Shown: one piece after another, positions 37,819-47,207 of the stretch
Layout of the letters: each line of letters opens with the position of its first letter
How positions within the stretch are numbered: the first letter of the stretch is position 1
Virus record (IMG/VR): IMGVR_UViG_3300045996_000987
Direction: 5' to 3' (one strand)
Source of the DNA: a virus
Length of the DNA stretch: 64,000 nt
Position numbers and translations under genes: made by a program
The notes under the pieces: model-generated
Told to the model about the DNA's origin: nothing
Database searches by the model: none
Seen by the model: the letters and a program-made list of their open reading frames with translations, nothing else

Positions 37819-37876
37819 CGGGCGTTACTGGTCGTAAGGTGGGTGCCGGGGCCGAAGCCCCGGCCGTGGTGGGTGA

Positions 37877-38047
37877 CTAGGGGAAGCGGAACATCTGCCG
37901 CAGGATCTTCGGCCCCTGCTCGTTCTTCGGCAGCTTGGCCACCGCCTCGTCCTCCAGCTTCTCGCACTTGCGGCACTTGCCGTACTGTGCGCGTGTCGGC
38001 TTGCCGCAGCCCTTGCAGGGCATCGGCTTTCGGTTGGCGTTGAGCAT
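37877..38047 (-). CDS. Small zinc-ribbon protein
   Basis: CKGCGKP...CRKC motif; start refined to MLNANRK. Confidence 0.35.
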   Translation of the reverse strand: MLNANRKPMPCKGCGKPTRAQYGKCRKCEKLEDEAVAKLPKNEQGPKILRQMFRFP

Positions 38048-38048
38048 G

Positions 38049-38471
38049 TCAGTCGCGGAAGCAGCGCTTGAAGAAGCGGGCGTACGCGGCCTCCTCGCAC
38101 GCCCAGCGGGTCCGCTGGTCGCGATCGGGGACTGTGGCGTCACCGTAGGTGTAGCTCCGGAGCAGGAAGTAGTCGCCGTCCATGAAGTAGTTCTCGTCGG
38201 CGTTGTAGAGCCAGACGATGTACTGCTCCTTGTCGGGGTTCCAGCAGAGGACGACCCACCGATCGACCGTGCGGGACTCGGGGGCCAGATGCTCGGCCTT
38301 CACGACCTCGCAGCCGCGCTCCTCCGCGAGCTTCACCATCGGCTCGGGCAGAGCGAAGACGGCCTGCCGCACCGTCTCCTTGTCGGCGTCGTGATGCGAA
38401 AGGGCGACGAGGGCCGCCGTCCCCTCTGCGAAGAAGAGGCGGATCAGGGCGCCGCGGACACTCGTGGTCAT
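38049..38471 (-). CDS. Hypothetical protein
   Basis: ORF with start likely MTTSVRG. Confidence 0.35.
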   Translation of the reverse strand: MTTSVRGALIRLFFAEGTAALVALSHHDADKETVRQAVFALPEPMVKLAEERGCEVVKAEHLAPESRTVDRWVVLCWNPDKEQYIVWLYNADENYFMDGDYFLLRSYTYGDATVPDRDQRTRWACEEAAYARFFKRCFRD

Positions 38472-38522
38472 GGCAAGCATGTGCGTTACTCTCCAGTAAG
38501 GCTGGATGGTGGATGGGAACTG

Positions 38523-39161
38523 CTAGTAGATCATCGCGAGGCGATCGAACGGCACGATCGCCTCGTACTCCCCGTACGGCCGCGTCTCGTCAGTCGAGGC
38601 CGCGTGGTTCGGATCGTCCCGGTCGGTCCACACGACGCGGACCTTCTTCTCGAAGGCGAAGACCTCCGCGATCCGGGCGGTGGCCATGTAGTTCGTGTAA
38701 GGGACGTCGTTGCCCCACTTGCTCGTGCGGCGGGCGGTGATTGGGAACGCCTTCCCGCCGAGATCGGTCACCCGCACTCGCTCTCCGAGCTTGATGCGCT
38801 TCGGGTCGATCGCCTCGTTGCAGAGGGCGATGGCCTGCTCGTGGGTGATGCTCGTGATCGTGCCCTCGCCGCCGTCGTGCTTCACAGTGATGAGGAAGGT
38901 CACGAACGACGAGTTCTCGCGGAGCCAGTAGGCGAGTCCGTCGTTACCCGGCGGGCCGGCGTTGAGCAGGTACATCTCGGTGCCATGGGTGCGCAGGAGC
39001 CAGACGAAGCGGTCACCCGCCTTCGACTTGGCCAGTCGGTTCCGGTCGTGCTCGTGGAGGTCTTCCTTGTACGCCACGAGCAGGTGCGGGAACTCGGCGG
39101 CGAGTGCCACGAGCAACGTGTAGAGGTTGCCCGTGCGTCGGATGATCTTGGTGGTCGTCAT
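38523..39161 (-). CDS. Hypothetical protein
   Basis: Start MTTTKIIRR immediately after the palindrome GTTACTGGCCAGTAAGG. Confidence 0.4.
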   Translation of the reverse strand: MTTTKIIRRTGNLYTLLVALAAEFPHLLVAYKEDLHEHDRNRLAKSKAGDRFVWLLRTHGTEMYLLNAGPPGNDGLAYWLRENSSFVTFLITVKHDGGEGTITSITHEQAIALCNEAIDPKRIKLGERVRVTDLGGKAFPITARRTSKWGNDVPYTNYMATARIAEVFAFEKKVRVVWTDRDDPNHAASTDETRPYGEYEAIVPFDRLAMIY

Positions 39162-39178
39162 GTTACTGGCCAGTAAGG

Positions 39179-39388
39179 CTAGACGGTGGACTTGAAGGCC
39201 CCGCCGTTGTCCATGATGCGAGCAACGGTAGGCCATGCGAAACCGCATCCGAGGAACGGCGTCTCGTACGTCTCGACGCGGGCGTAGGCGAGCTTCACGC
39301 CGTACACACGGGCCGGTCGTCCATCGAGAGTGCAGGCACCCTCAGTGATGGCGCGCTCACAGAGAGCGCGCTTGTCGTCCTCGCTCAC
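39179..39388 (-). CDS. Hypothetical protein
   Basis: 69-aa ORF. Confidence 0.35.
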   Translation of the reverse strand: MSEDDKRALCERAITEGACTLDGRPARVYGVKLAYARVETYETPFLGCGFAWPTVARIMDNGGAFKSTV

Positions 39389-39891
39389 GCGTCCTCCTCC
39401 GTCTTCGGATTGTGATGCTGCACGTAGCGCAGCAGCGCATTGAGCCGGGCCTTCTCGAAGCGGCGGGAGAGCACGGGGAGCCCGCTCTTGCCCGACGCGA
39501 GGCTGCGCAGGTTGTCCTCGATCTCACGCTCCGCTCCGTCCACGATGGTCCCGGTGCTCGACAGTGCGTAGAGCGGGAAGAACTGCCCACCGTGCCACTC
39601 GGACGCGATGCGCCGGGCTGCGCTCTCGTGCAGGATGGCACAGCCGTCGTACTCCGCGGCTGCGGCGCTCGCCGCCTGCGACGCCGCACGGACGTAGCCA
39701 CGAGCGAGGTGAACACTGAGCTTCATCGGCCCCGTATCCCTCGCCGCCTTGTACTTGCGCGCCCGCTCCATGTGGACGCTGGCGCTCTCCAGCATGTCTT
39801 CGATGAAGCTCGGACGATGCCCGTAGGTGGAGCGAAGGTACTCCACGAACTCCGGGATCGTCTTGTAGGTGTAGCCGTCGATGATGTGCAT
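39385..39891 (-). CDS. Hypothetical protein
   Basis: 168-aa ORF. Confidence 0.4.
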   Translation of the reverse strand: MHIIDGYTYKTIPEFVEYLRSTYGHRPSFIEDMLESASVHMERARKYKAARDTGPMKLSVHLARGYVRAASQAASAAAAEYDGCAILHESAARRIASEWHGGQFFPLYALSSTGTIVDGAEREIEDNLRSLASGKSGLPVLSRRFEKARLNALLRYVQHHNPKTEEDA

Positions 39892-39896
39892 GAGGC

Positions 39897-40580
39897 TTAC
39901 TGGGCAGTAAGGGGCTCGTTGACGACCGCCATGAAGTCGCTCCAGTCGCGGTCGATGGGCCAGATCAGGTAGAACTCACCCGGCGTGTCGTGCGAGCCGG
40001 ACGAATACTGCCCCATCTTGAAGACGCCACTCTCGCGCGCCTTCTGCTGCAAGAGCCACGGCAGGCGCCACTCGTAGTGGGTGATCCGGTTATCGCGGTC
40101 CCGCTGGTGGCACTCCTCGATCCGCCACGGCAGCGGGTCGAGGGAGACTTCCACCATCGCCATCATGTCGTCGGTGAGGCGCGTGAACCACGTCACCTCG
40201 ACCTTGTGGTAGCTCGGCCCGTGCTTGCTGCCCCACTGATTCAGGGTGAGCACGAAGGGCGCGATGTGCGTGATGTCGTTATGCTCCGTGTCCTTGTCGG
40301 TGAGCAGGGCGGTGGGCTTGAAGCTCAGGAACGTGCCCTTCACTCGGGAGAGGTCGAGCGGGGGCAGCGTCTCCATGAGCGCGGCCACCTTGTCCAGCGG
40401 CACGCCCTCGATCGCGACCCGCGCCTTGGTGTACGTCTCGTGGATGGAGCAGCGCACCTTGTAGGCGAAAACCGACTCGGGCAGCGCCGCGGTGATGGCC
40501 GCCTCGCGCTCGATGCGCGCCTTCTCTTCCTCGAACTTGCGCTGCGCCTCGGCCAGCGCTTCCTCTTTGGTCTGTGGCAT
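39897..40580 (-). CDS. Hypothetical protein
   Basis: 227-aa ORF. Confidence 0.4.
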   Translation of the reverse strand: MPQTKEEALAEAQRKFEEEKARIEREAAITAALPESVFAYKVRCSIHETYTKARVAIEGVPLDKVAALMETLPPLDLSRVKGTFLSFKPTALLTDKDTEHNDITHIAPFVLTLNQWGSKHGPSYHKVEVTWFTRLTDDMMAMVEVSLDPLPWRIEECHQRDRDNRITHYEWRLPWLLQQKARESGVFKMGQYSSGSHDTPGEFYLIWPIDRDWSDFMAVVNEPLTAQ

Positions 40581-40612
40581 GGTCCGTTACTGGGCAGTAA
40601 GAGGGTGAGCTA

Positions 40613-41164
40613 TCAGGAAGCGTAGGGATGCAGCCAAGGCACGTACTTGTCGGGCTCCCTCGTGAACCACGAGTAGTCGCCGCGGCTGCGGTACTCGGTC
40701 GCAGGCACGAGGATGGTGCGCTCCTCGCTCGTCTCGGTGTGCCTGATGTGGACGCCGACGTAGCCCTCCGGCACGGTCTTGTGCCAGTCGCCCGATGCGG
40801 AGACGCCCTCCCACGCACCCTTGATGCGCTCCGTGTGCGCCCGCTTCGCGAGGATGTACGAATCCGCCTCGGTCAGCGTCTCCCCGGTGTGCTGCATGTA
40901 CCGATCGGGGTGATAGTTCTTCGCGGTCGCCTTCGCACTCTCCACCACCTCCGGCTTGAACAGGTGCGGGAAGGCGAGCGCCACGAGGGACCAGTCGCAG
41001 TCCTCCTCGTAGATGCCGTGCGGCAGGCGCAGGGGAGCGGGCATGGTGGCGAGCACCGCATCATCCACGATGATGCCCCCGTGACCCGCCGTGCTCACCT
41101 GCCGGATACCGGGGGCGAGCGTGTCGGAGTGCTGGACGGCACCCCACCGATGATCGTATGCCAT
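40613..41164 (-). CDS. Hypothetical protein
   Basis: 183-aa ORF. Confidence 0.4.
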   Translation of the reverse strand: MAYDHRWGAVQHSDTLAPGIRQVSTAGHGGIIVDDAVLATMPAPLRLPHGIYEEDCDWSLVALAFPHLFKPEVVESAKATAKNYHPDRYMQHTGETLTEADSYILAKRAHTERIKGAWEGVSASGDWHKTVPEGYVGVHIRHTETSEERTILVPATEYRSRGDYSWFTREPDKYVPWLHPYAS

Positions 41165-41190
41165 GTTCCGTTACTCGCAGTAAGGCGTGG

Positions 41191-41442
41191 TTACTCGGGC
41201 CGCACGAGGCCGTGCGACTGGGCGTACTCGATGACGGACTGCGTGAGATCGCGGCCGGACTTGAAGAAGCCGTCCTCGAACATCGACCGAGCGTCGTCGT
41301 CCCACCACTCCGCGACGGTGGTGTTCTCGTCGCCGTGATAGAGGTGGATGTGGAGACGGTCGCGCTCCTCCCACACGGACACCTTGCACTCCGACGCGGG
41401 GGGCGCAGCCTTGCGATGCTTGCCGGTGCGCGGGACCATCAG
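41191..41442 (-). CDS. Hypothetical protein
   Basis: Start refined to MVPRTGKH; ATGA coupling. Confidence 0.35.
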   Translation of the reverse strand: MMVPRTGKHRKAAPPASECKVSVWEERDRLHIHLYHGDENTTVAEWWDDDARSMFEDGFFKSGRDLTQSVIEYAQSHGLVRPE

Positions 41443-41705
41443 AGTGTCGTCGGAAAGAGGGTGTCGAACGGAACGCCGCGCACGATGTCGTACTTGTCGG
41501 AGATCAGGACGACCGTGGCGCCATCGCCCTCGGCGTCGAAGTCGTAGACGGTGTACGGCAGGCCGCGGTACTGGCGCCGGTCCCCGATCTTCACCCCACG
41601 GCAGGACGTGCCCTTCGCCTTGTGGTAGCGGATGTGGTCGAGCGCAGCGTTGCGCTCGTCGTCGCGCAGCCGGCGGGTGGTGATCTTCATTGCGGTGGAC
41701 ATCAA
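41439..41705 (-). CDS. Hypothetical protein
   Basis: 88-aa ORF. Confidence 0.4.
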   Translation of the reverse strand: MMSTAMKITTRRLRDDERNAALDHIRYHKAKGTSCRGVKIGDRRQYRGLPYTVYDFDAEGDGATVVLISDKYDIVRGVPFDTLFPTTL

Positions 41706-41781
41706 TCGGTCCTCGTGGTGCTTGGGTGAGTAAGGGGACCAGCAAGGCGGCAGGGCGCCGCCTTACTGGCCAGTAAGCGAG

Positions 41782-42282
41782 CTACGCCGCGGCGCCGGAG
41801 TAGATGCGACCCCCGCTGGCGATGTCGTACGCCTCGTCCTTCGACTTGCCATCCGCGAGCGCCGCCTGATAGCGCCGCTGGAACGCGATCCACGACCGGA
41901 GTTCGTCCGCCACGCTGCTGTGCGAGAACCCGATCCCCGTGATGAACGCCTCGTCGTCCTCGACCGCGGGCGTCCACGCGTTCTGGCCAAGGTGCAGGCG
42001 CATCCACTCGGCGGCCGACTCCATCGGCACGTCGTGGCTCGTCTGGCTGTGGCACCCACTGATGCTGCCGTCCTCACGGATCAGCGCACTCACGATGCCG
42101 GCGGACGAGTCGCGCCAGATGATGCCGCGGTGGCCGTGCACGGTGATGATGACCGGCGTGTAGCTCGCCCGCATCGCGCGCTCGATGAAGCGCTCGGCGT
42201 TCGCCTTCGCCTCGGCCCTCGTGGCGCCCTCCGCGTAGACGCTGAGGTACTGCACCTGCACGGTCTTCTTGCGACCAGCCAT
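41782..42282 (-). CDS. Hypothetical protein
   Basis: 166-aa ORF. Confidence 0.4.
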   Translation of the reverse strand: MAGRKKTVQVQYLSVYAEGATRAEAKANAERFIERAMRASYTPVIITVHGHRGIIWRDSSAGIVSALIREDGSISGCHSQTSHDVPMESAAEWMRLHLGQNAWTPAVEDDEAFITGIGFSHSSVADELRSWIAFQRRYQAALADGKSKDEAYDIASGGRIYSGAAA

Positions 42283-42345
42283 GATGATCCTCGCAGAAAC
42301 TTGGGTTACTTGACGTGCCTTACTGGACAGTAAGGCGGGACCGCC

Positions 42346-42639
42346 TCAGCACCGTCCGGGCGGGTACTCCTTGTCGAAGTCGGCCTTGAGGATGGCCTGC
42401 TCCGTCGCGTCCTCGTTGAACAGCCTCTCGCGGTACGCGGTGACCTCGGCCGGGGACAGCGGGGCCGGCGTGAGTTCATCGCAAAACGCGTTGTGCGTCT
42501 CGTCCGTGGCCACATCCCGCACCTCGTACATCGGCGCGTTCTCGATGTCCACCTCGGACGGGACGGATAGTTCGCGCACTATCTCCACCTCGATGTCCTT
42601 GAGGTGGGGCGCGTCGGAGTCGATCGAAGTGAAGCGCAT
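42346..42639 (-). CDS. Hypothetical acidic protein
   Basis: 97-aa ORF. Confidence 0.4.
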   Translation of the reverse strand: MRFTSIDSDAPHLKDIEVEIVRELSVPSEVDIENAPMYEVRDVATDETHNAFCDELTPAPLSPAEVTAYRERLFNEDATEQAILKADFDKEYPPGRC

Positions 42640-42657
42640 TGTACTAGTGGTTGAGTG

Positions 42658-43077
42658 TTAGCAGCCCATGCGGCGCTCGGACTCCGCGATCAGGTCGGGC
42701 GGCTCGTACTCGGCCACCTGCCGGACCATATCGACCTTGCCCGTGCCGTTGCACGTCGTGCATGTGACGTCGTAGTTACCCGCCATCATGCCCTCGAATG
42801 CCTCGAAGTCCTCTGCGATGTCGCTCGACGTCCAGACGGAGCACGCGGGGTGCACGCGGCGGCCCTCGCCGTTGCAGTCGTCGCAGATGACCCACTCGCG
42901 AATGCCCTTCGAGCGAAGGTGACGGTTGTGCTGGCGGTGGCACGAGGCCGCGGTGCAGATGAGCCGCTTCGTGCCGTGCTCGCAGCGGGTGAGGTAGTCG
43001 TCGTGCTCGCGGTCCTCGTCCTTCTCCGGGGGAAGCTCGTGCTTCTCCCCGCAGTAGAAGCAGTTGGCGTCTGCCAT
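42658..43077 (-). CDS. Cys-rich zinc-finger protein (DnaJ-type CxxCxGxG repeat)
   Basis: CFYCGEKH, CTAASCH, CDDCNGEG and CTTCNGTGKV motifs; start MADANCF. Confidence 0.4.
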   Translation of the reverse strand: MADANCFYCGEKHELPPEKDEDREHDDYLTRCEHGTKRLICTAASCHRQHNRHLRSKGIREWVICDDCNGEGRRVHPACSVWTSSDIAEDFEAFEGMMAGNYDVTCTTCNGTGKVDMVRQVAEYEPPDLIAESERRMGC

Positions 43078-43106
43078 GGGCGTTACTGGCCAGTAAGGGT
43101 GGAGGG

Positions 43107-43478
43107 TCAGATGATCGCGCCCTTCTGCACGAGCCGGGCGATCAGGTCGCACTTCTTCCAGTACGGCATCGCGACGAACTTCTCGCGATTCGCGTCGTTC
43201 AGCTTGCCCGGCTTGCCGTCGCTGCCCAGCAGCATGTCGATGCGGGCATCGTAGAACGTCTCCATCGCCCAGCCGATGCGCTTGCGAAACGCGGACTCGC
43301 TGATGTCCGTGGCCTTGGCCGGAAGGGGCTCACGGTTGTCGCCCCCGCACGAGCGGCACATACCGTACCCATAGTCGAACGGGTACGGCTCCTGCCCAAA
43401 GACCGTGTTCTCGTCGGCGTTGTTGCGCACGCCGCCGCCACAGCAGGAGCAGGATAGGATGTCGTCCACGATGTGCAT
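43107..43478 (-). CDS. Cys-rich hypothetical protein
   Basis: CSCCGGG and CRSCGG motifs; start MHIVDD. Confidence 0.35.
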   Translation of the reverse strand: MHIVDDILSCSCCGGGVRNNADENTVFGQEPYPFDYGYGMCRSCGGDNREPLPAKATDISESAFRKRIGWAMETFYDARIDMLLGSDGKPGKLNDANREKFVAMPYWKKCDLIARLVQKGAII

Positions 43479-43488
43479 GGTGTCTCCG

Positions 43489-43797
43489 TTACTCGCCCGT
43501 AAGGCGGTGAGTGACCGTCTCGACGGTGTGCTTCTGCACACGCACGAGGCAGGCGATGTGGTATGGAATGGAGAGATCGTTGGGTGCGCGGTACGCCGTG
43601 ATGACGGCGCCGGACAGGTACCACTCGCCCGCCTTCGGAGCACGCTTCTCGCCTGTCCACTCGGCTCGGACCTCGGGCCATGCGAGCTTGCTCAGGTCGA
43701 TGCTCAGGGCTGCCCGCTCTTCGCGGGTGACGTAATCGCCCACGGGGTAGGTCGCGCCCCGGCGCAGCTTCTCGGACGCGTCGCTCTGGTGTGCCAT
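43489..43797 (-). CDS. Hypothetical protein
   Basis: Start MAHQSDASEK. Confidence 0.35.
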   Translation of the reverse strand: MAHQSDASEKLRRGATYPVGDYVTREERAALSIDLSKLAWPEVRAEWTGEKRAPKAGEWYLSGAVITAYRAPNDLSIPYHIACLVRVQKHTVETVTHRLTGE

Positions 43798-43826
43798 GGT
43801 CGTTACTGGCCGGTAAGGGTGGGCGA

Positions 43827-44306
43827 TCAGGGAAGGGGACGGATGGGCGTGCGCATCTTGAGGTTGAGCGTGAAGTAGTGCGGCCGGTGCTCCTTGATGA
43901 TGTCGTGCGCGCTGTCCAGCGATGCGGACCACGCGCAGTCACCGCCGTACTCGACGCACACCGCGCAGTCGCACCGGATGTTGCAGTTCCAGCGCCACAC
44001 GGCCCACTGATAGTGCGTGCAGCGCCCGCGCTCGTCGCAGTCGTTCCCGCAGACCGTGCAGAGCTTCGGCAGAGGAACGGCCGTGCAGGACATGACGATG
44101 TGGGCGCCGGAGTGCTGACCGTTGAACTCCCGGTGCTCGGGCTCGTGGTGCATGTGGCAGACGTCCCGTGTGTCCCTCGTGCGAACCTCGCCATTGGCGA
44201 GCGTCCGGAACGTCTCGCGAAGCTCTGCGCGGAACGTGCAGCGGGTGGCAGGGTTGGCGCGGTTGTGCTGGCAGGTGCGGTGCGTTTGGGCAGGCAGCAG
44301 ACGCAT
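43827..44306 (-). CDS. Cys/His-rich hypothetical protein
   Basis: About 14 Cys; start MRLLPAQ with GGAG upstream. Confidence 0.35.
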   Translation of the reverse strand: MRLLPAQTHRTCQHNRANPATRCTFRAELRETFRTLANGEVRTRDTRDVCHMHHEPEHREFNGQHSGAHIVMSCTAVPLPKLCTVCGNDCDERGRCTHYQWAVWRWNCNIRCDCAVCVEYGGDCAWSASLDSAHDIIKEHRPHYFTLNLKMRTPIRPLP

Positions 44307-44412
44307 GGCCGTTCTCCGAAGGAACATGGTGGGGAGCTAGAAGCTAAGGACCGGGACTGTCAGTGCCAGAGGCGTAGCCCTCCCCCAAAGAGGAGGGCAT
44401 GGATGAGATTAC

Positions 44413-44555
44413 GGAGCAGCCGCGACATGGCCGATGGTCGTGCTGATGGACGTGGTGAGGAAGGACGCCGCCTCGGCCGCCATCCAGAGGAAGCCGAGAA
44501 GGAGGATCGCGCGAGAGGCCGCGCAGAGCTTGCGATCGAGCGAGCGGTTCATGGC
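44413..44555 (-). CDS. Small membrane protein (46 aa, below the ORF-track cutoff)
   Basis: ATG immediately after a palindrome copy; hydrophobic ILLLGFLWMAAEAASFL helix; GCCCTCC...GGAGGGC hairpin downstream. Confidence 0.3.
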
Positions 44556-44573
44556 GTTACTGGCCGGTAAGGC

Positions 44574-44984
44574 TCAGTCCTCGATGGGGGTGAGGAAGAA
44601 CCACGCGGCAGCGTCAGCATCGCCGGACGTGGAGGGGGACACCTTGCCTGCGTGGTGGCCGATCGACCAACGGATCTCACCGCACCCATTGATTGAGAGC
44701 AGCATCACCCGCTGCCCGTCCTCGGTCGTCCACGCGTGGCCGTAGGTGCGCATCCAGCCCGTGCCCTGCCGATCCACCGGCACGATGCAGTAGGTGTTCC
44801 CCTGCTTCGACCAGTAGATGCGGCTGGAGTCAGCGCCGGGGTAGAGGCTACCAGCGGGAATCTGGACACGGCCGTCCTGCCGCATGTAGAGGACTTCGCG
44901 CTTGCGCGCCTCGCGCTCACGCTCCGCGGCACGCTGCCTCGCACGCTCCAGCCACGCCTCCACCTTGCCGTTTGCGTCGGTCAT
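44574..44984 (-). CDS. Hypothetical protein
   Basis: Upstream context is palindrome, then CAAGTAACC, then CGTAGGAGG, then ATG. Confidence 0.4.
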   Translation of the reverse strand: MTDANGKVEAWLERARQRAAEREREARKREVLYMRQDGRVQIPAGSLYPGADSSRIYWSKQGNTYCIVPVDRQGTGWMRTYGHAWTTEDGQRVMLLSINGCGEIRWSIGHHAGKVSPSTSGDADAAAWFFLTPIED

Positions 44985-45047
44985 ACGGTTACCTCCTACG
45001 GGTTACTTGGATGGGACACGCAGCCTTACTGGGAGTAAGGCTGACAG

Positions 45048-45134
45048 GGGACGAGGCACGAATCGAACGTGCGCCTCCGCGAGAACACGCATTACTGAGC
45101 GAGTCGCGGCGCTCTGCCACTGAGCTACCCGTCC
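45048..45134 (-). tRNA. tRNA-like gene with oversized (21-23 nt) anticodon loop
   Basis: Minus strand. Acceptor GGACGGG/CTCGTCC, D-arm GCTCAGTGGCAGAGC, T-arm GCACGTTCGATTCGTGC; the anticodon stem CCGCG/CGCGG encloses ACTCGCTCAGTAATGCGTGTTCT. Confidence 0.35.
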
Positions 45135-45140
45135 GATCTA

Positions 45141-45428
45141 CTAGATGGCGACGCCGTGGCTGTAGTCGCACACCGTGACGCCACGGGCGCGCAGCTTGGC
45201 GTCGATGTCGAGGATGTTGTTGCGCATCCTCTCGGTGATGTACGAGTGGACACCGGCCTTGCACGCGGCCACCCAGTCGGCCACGGCGACCTTGCGGGCG
45301 CCCTCCAGCGTGGCCACGGCCAGCCGGTGCTCGCGCTGCTCGGCCGTCTCGGTGGCGAGCTTGCGCTGCGCGACCGACTGCTGCGTGCGGCGGATCATCG
45401 TGGCCATCGCCTTGTCGTTCGTGCGCAT
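45141..45428 (-). CDS. Hypothetical protein
   Basis: 95-aa ORF. Confidence 0.4.
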   Translation of the reverse strand: MRTNDKAMATMIRRTQQSVAQRKLATETAEQREHRLAVATLEGARKVAVADWVAACKAGVHSYITERMRNNILDIDAKLRARGVTVCDYSHGVAI

Positions 45429-45498
45429 GATCGGTTACCTCAAGCGAAGGGTTACTTGGAACGGCGGCCTTACTGGCAGTAAGGCAGGGGTACTGCGA

Positions 45499-45555
45499 TG
45501 GCATGCCGCACGAGTCGAACGTGCGCGGAGTAGTGCTCCGGTCCAGACGCATGCC
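45499..45555 (-). ncRNA. Truncated tRNA-like element (acceptor, anticodon-like hairpin and T-arm; no D-arm)
   Basis: T-arm GCACGTTCGACTCGTGC is nearly identical to the element at 45048-45134; flanked by GGCATGC/GCATGCC. Confidence 0.2.
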
Positions 45556-45605
45556 GCTTGGCTAGAGCATGGTACAGCCCTCCATTAGCTGAGGAACATC
45601 GGGGA

Positions 45606-45938
45606 TCAGGCGCACGGGCGGGAGAACGGCCATGCCGTACCGAAGGGACTCACGCTCGGCTCCGTGGGGAACCAGTCCACGTAGATCGGCTCGACCGTGT
45701 GGATGGTCAGAATCTCGCCCTTCGAGGGAAAACCGATCGTCACGGGGTCGCCCTTGTCGAGATCGCGAAGCTGGCCGTGCGTCAGGCCGACCGCCATGCC
45801 GTGCGGGCCACTGGCGATGAGGGCGAAGACCACGCCGTGCGGATCGTTCTCGTGCCCGATGAACTTGGCCACAGCCGGGGCGACGTGCGCATCGACGCTG
45901 CCGTTCCGCCGCTCGCGGGCAATCAGGATCTTGCTCAT
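45606..45938 (-). CDS. Hypothetical protein
   Basis: 110-aa ORF. Confidence 0.4.
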   Translation of the reverse strand: MSKILIARERRNGSVDAHVAPAVAKFIGHENDPHGVVFALIASGPHGMAVGLTHGQLRDLDKGDPVTIGFPSKGEILTIHTVEPIYVDWFPTEPSVSPFGTAWPFSRPCA

Positions 45939-45982
45939 GGTTACTTGTGGTGAAGGGTTACTTGCCTTACTGCCAGTAAGGA

Positions 45983-46201
45983 TCAGCGGACGACCGTCTC
46001 GAAGAGGATGACGTAGGGACCGCCCTCGAAGTTCACGCGATCCTCGCCAACGCTCACGATGGATAGGTGCTGGTTGATGGCGATGCTATTGACCGTGGCG
46101 TAGAAGCCAGACTCGGCATCGGGACGCGCGGTGTAGTCGCGCTCTTCGGTTTCCATGGAGTCAGAGCCAGTGCGAGCTATGACCCGGTATGCGAGTCGCA
46201 T
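45983..46201 (-). CDS. Hypothetical protein
   Basis: GGAGG RBS; palindrome and CAAGTCACC upstream. Confidence 0.4.
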   Translation of the reverse strand: MRLAYRVIARTGSDSMETEERDYTARPDAESGFYATVNSIAINQHLSIVSVGEDRVNFEGGPYVILFETVVR

Positions 46202-46316
46202 GTGACCTCCTACGGGTGACTTGCCTTACTGCCAGTAAAGGACTGCCATGCGCGCCCACGGCCCGACCCGTGGCGACCTTACTGGCGAGTAAGGCCGAAC
46301 CCATGCGCGCTCCACG

Positions 46317-46556
46317 TCACTTCCGGGACTGACAAGGGCAGGCGCAAATCTTCGCCATCGCCGCGTCAATCTTCGCCTGCTCGTTCCGCTGGAACCGTTC
46401 GAGGTTGTGTGCACCCATGATGAACACGACGTGCCGGGGCGCATGCTTGTGCTGGAGCATGCGGAACTCGGCAAGCTGCGCGTCGATGAGGTCCATCGCG
46501 CAGCCAGTGCAGTCGCGCCACGGCTTCGTGTAGACGGCGATCGGGGCGGAAGCCAT
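46317..46556 (-). CDS. Glutaredoxin/NrdH-like redoxin
   Basis: IAVYTKPWRDCTGC (CxxC) and PRHVVFIMG resemble the Grx fold; start refined to MASAPIA. Confidence 0.4.
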   Translation of the reverse strand: MASAPIAVYTKPWRDCTGCAMDLIDAQLAEFRMLQHKHAPRHVVFIMGAHNLERFQRNEQAKIDAAMAKICACPCQSRK

Positions 46557-46756
46557 TGCTGTCTCCAAGTGAAGGGGAAAGCTTACTGCCAGTAAGGGAC
46601 GGGGAAGTGGGCCGGCGGGCATCGAATCCCGCACACGGGGCTGTTATCGAGCGAGGGGTTGCGTGTGTCCGATCTTCGGCCCAATGCGCGCCCACGGTGC
46701 GAGCCGTGGCAGCCTTACTGGGCAGTAAGGCCGAACCCATGCGCGCGTTCCATCTA

Positions 46757-47077
46757 CTAGGCGATCTGCAAGGCAGCCATGTCAGCCTTGCGACGCTTGG
46801 CGGCGTGGTGGTAGCTGGCCAGACCGCGGACGTGGACCGCCTTGCGCTCGAACTCGATGCGGGCGGCCGTGGCGACCTTGCGGTCGAGGACCATGAGGTA
46901 GACGTACTGCTCGAACTTCGCGGCGCGCTCCGCGATGAACGCCTGCGAGTCGCGGTAGTAGGTGCCGTGGTCGGACGTGCTCACCCACGCCAGATTGGAC
47001 CCCTGCTCGCGAAGATCGGCCGCGATGCGAGCGATGGCGCGACGGATGGCGAGGAAGATGCGGACCTTGCGGATCAT
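46757..47077 (-). CDS. Hypothetical protein
   Basis: Start refined to MIRKVRIF. Confidence 0.35.
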   Translation of the reverse strand: MIRKVRIFLAIRRAIARIAADLREQGSNLAWVSTSDHGTYYRDSQAFIAERAAKFEQYVYLMVLDRKVATAARIEFERKAVHVRGLASYHHAAKRRKADMAALQIA

Positions 47078-47207
47078 GGGACGTTCTCCGGAACATGGTG
47101 ACGTGTGCCTTACTGGCGAGTAAGGCGAGGGGACTGCCATGGCGCGGCGAGGGCGCGACCCCTCGCGACCTTACTGGCAGTAAGGCCGAACCGATCCGCG
47201 CGACCGA

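Noticed and set aside
45048-45134. Archaeal-type bulge-helix-bulge intron in the expanded anticodon loop
   Set aside because: The surrounding genes are bacterial (DnaN beta clamp, lipoboxes, Shine-Dalgarno sites) and I could not place U33 and purine-37 convincingly.
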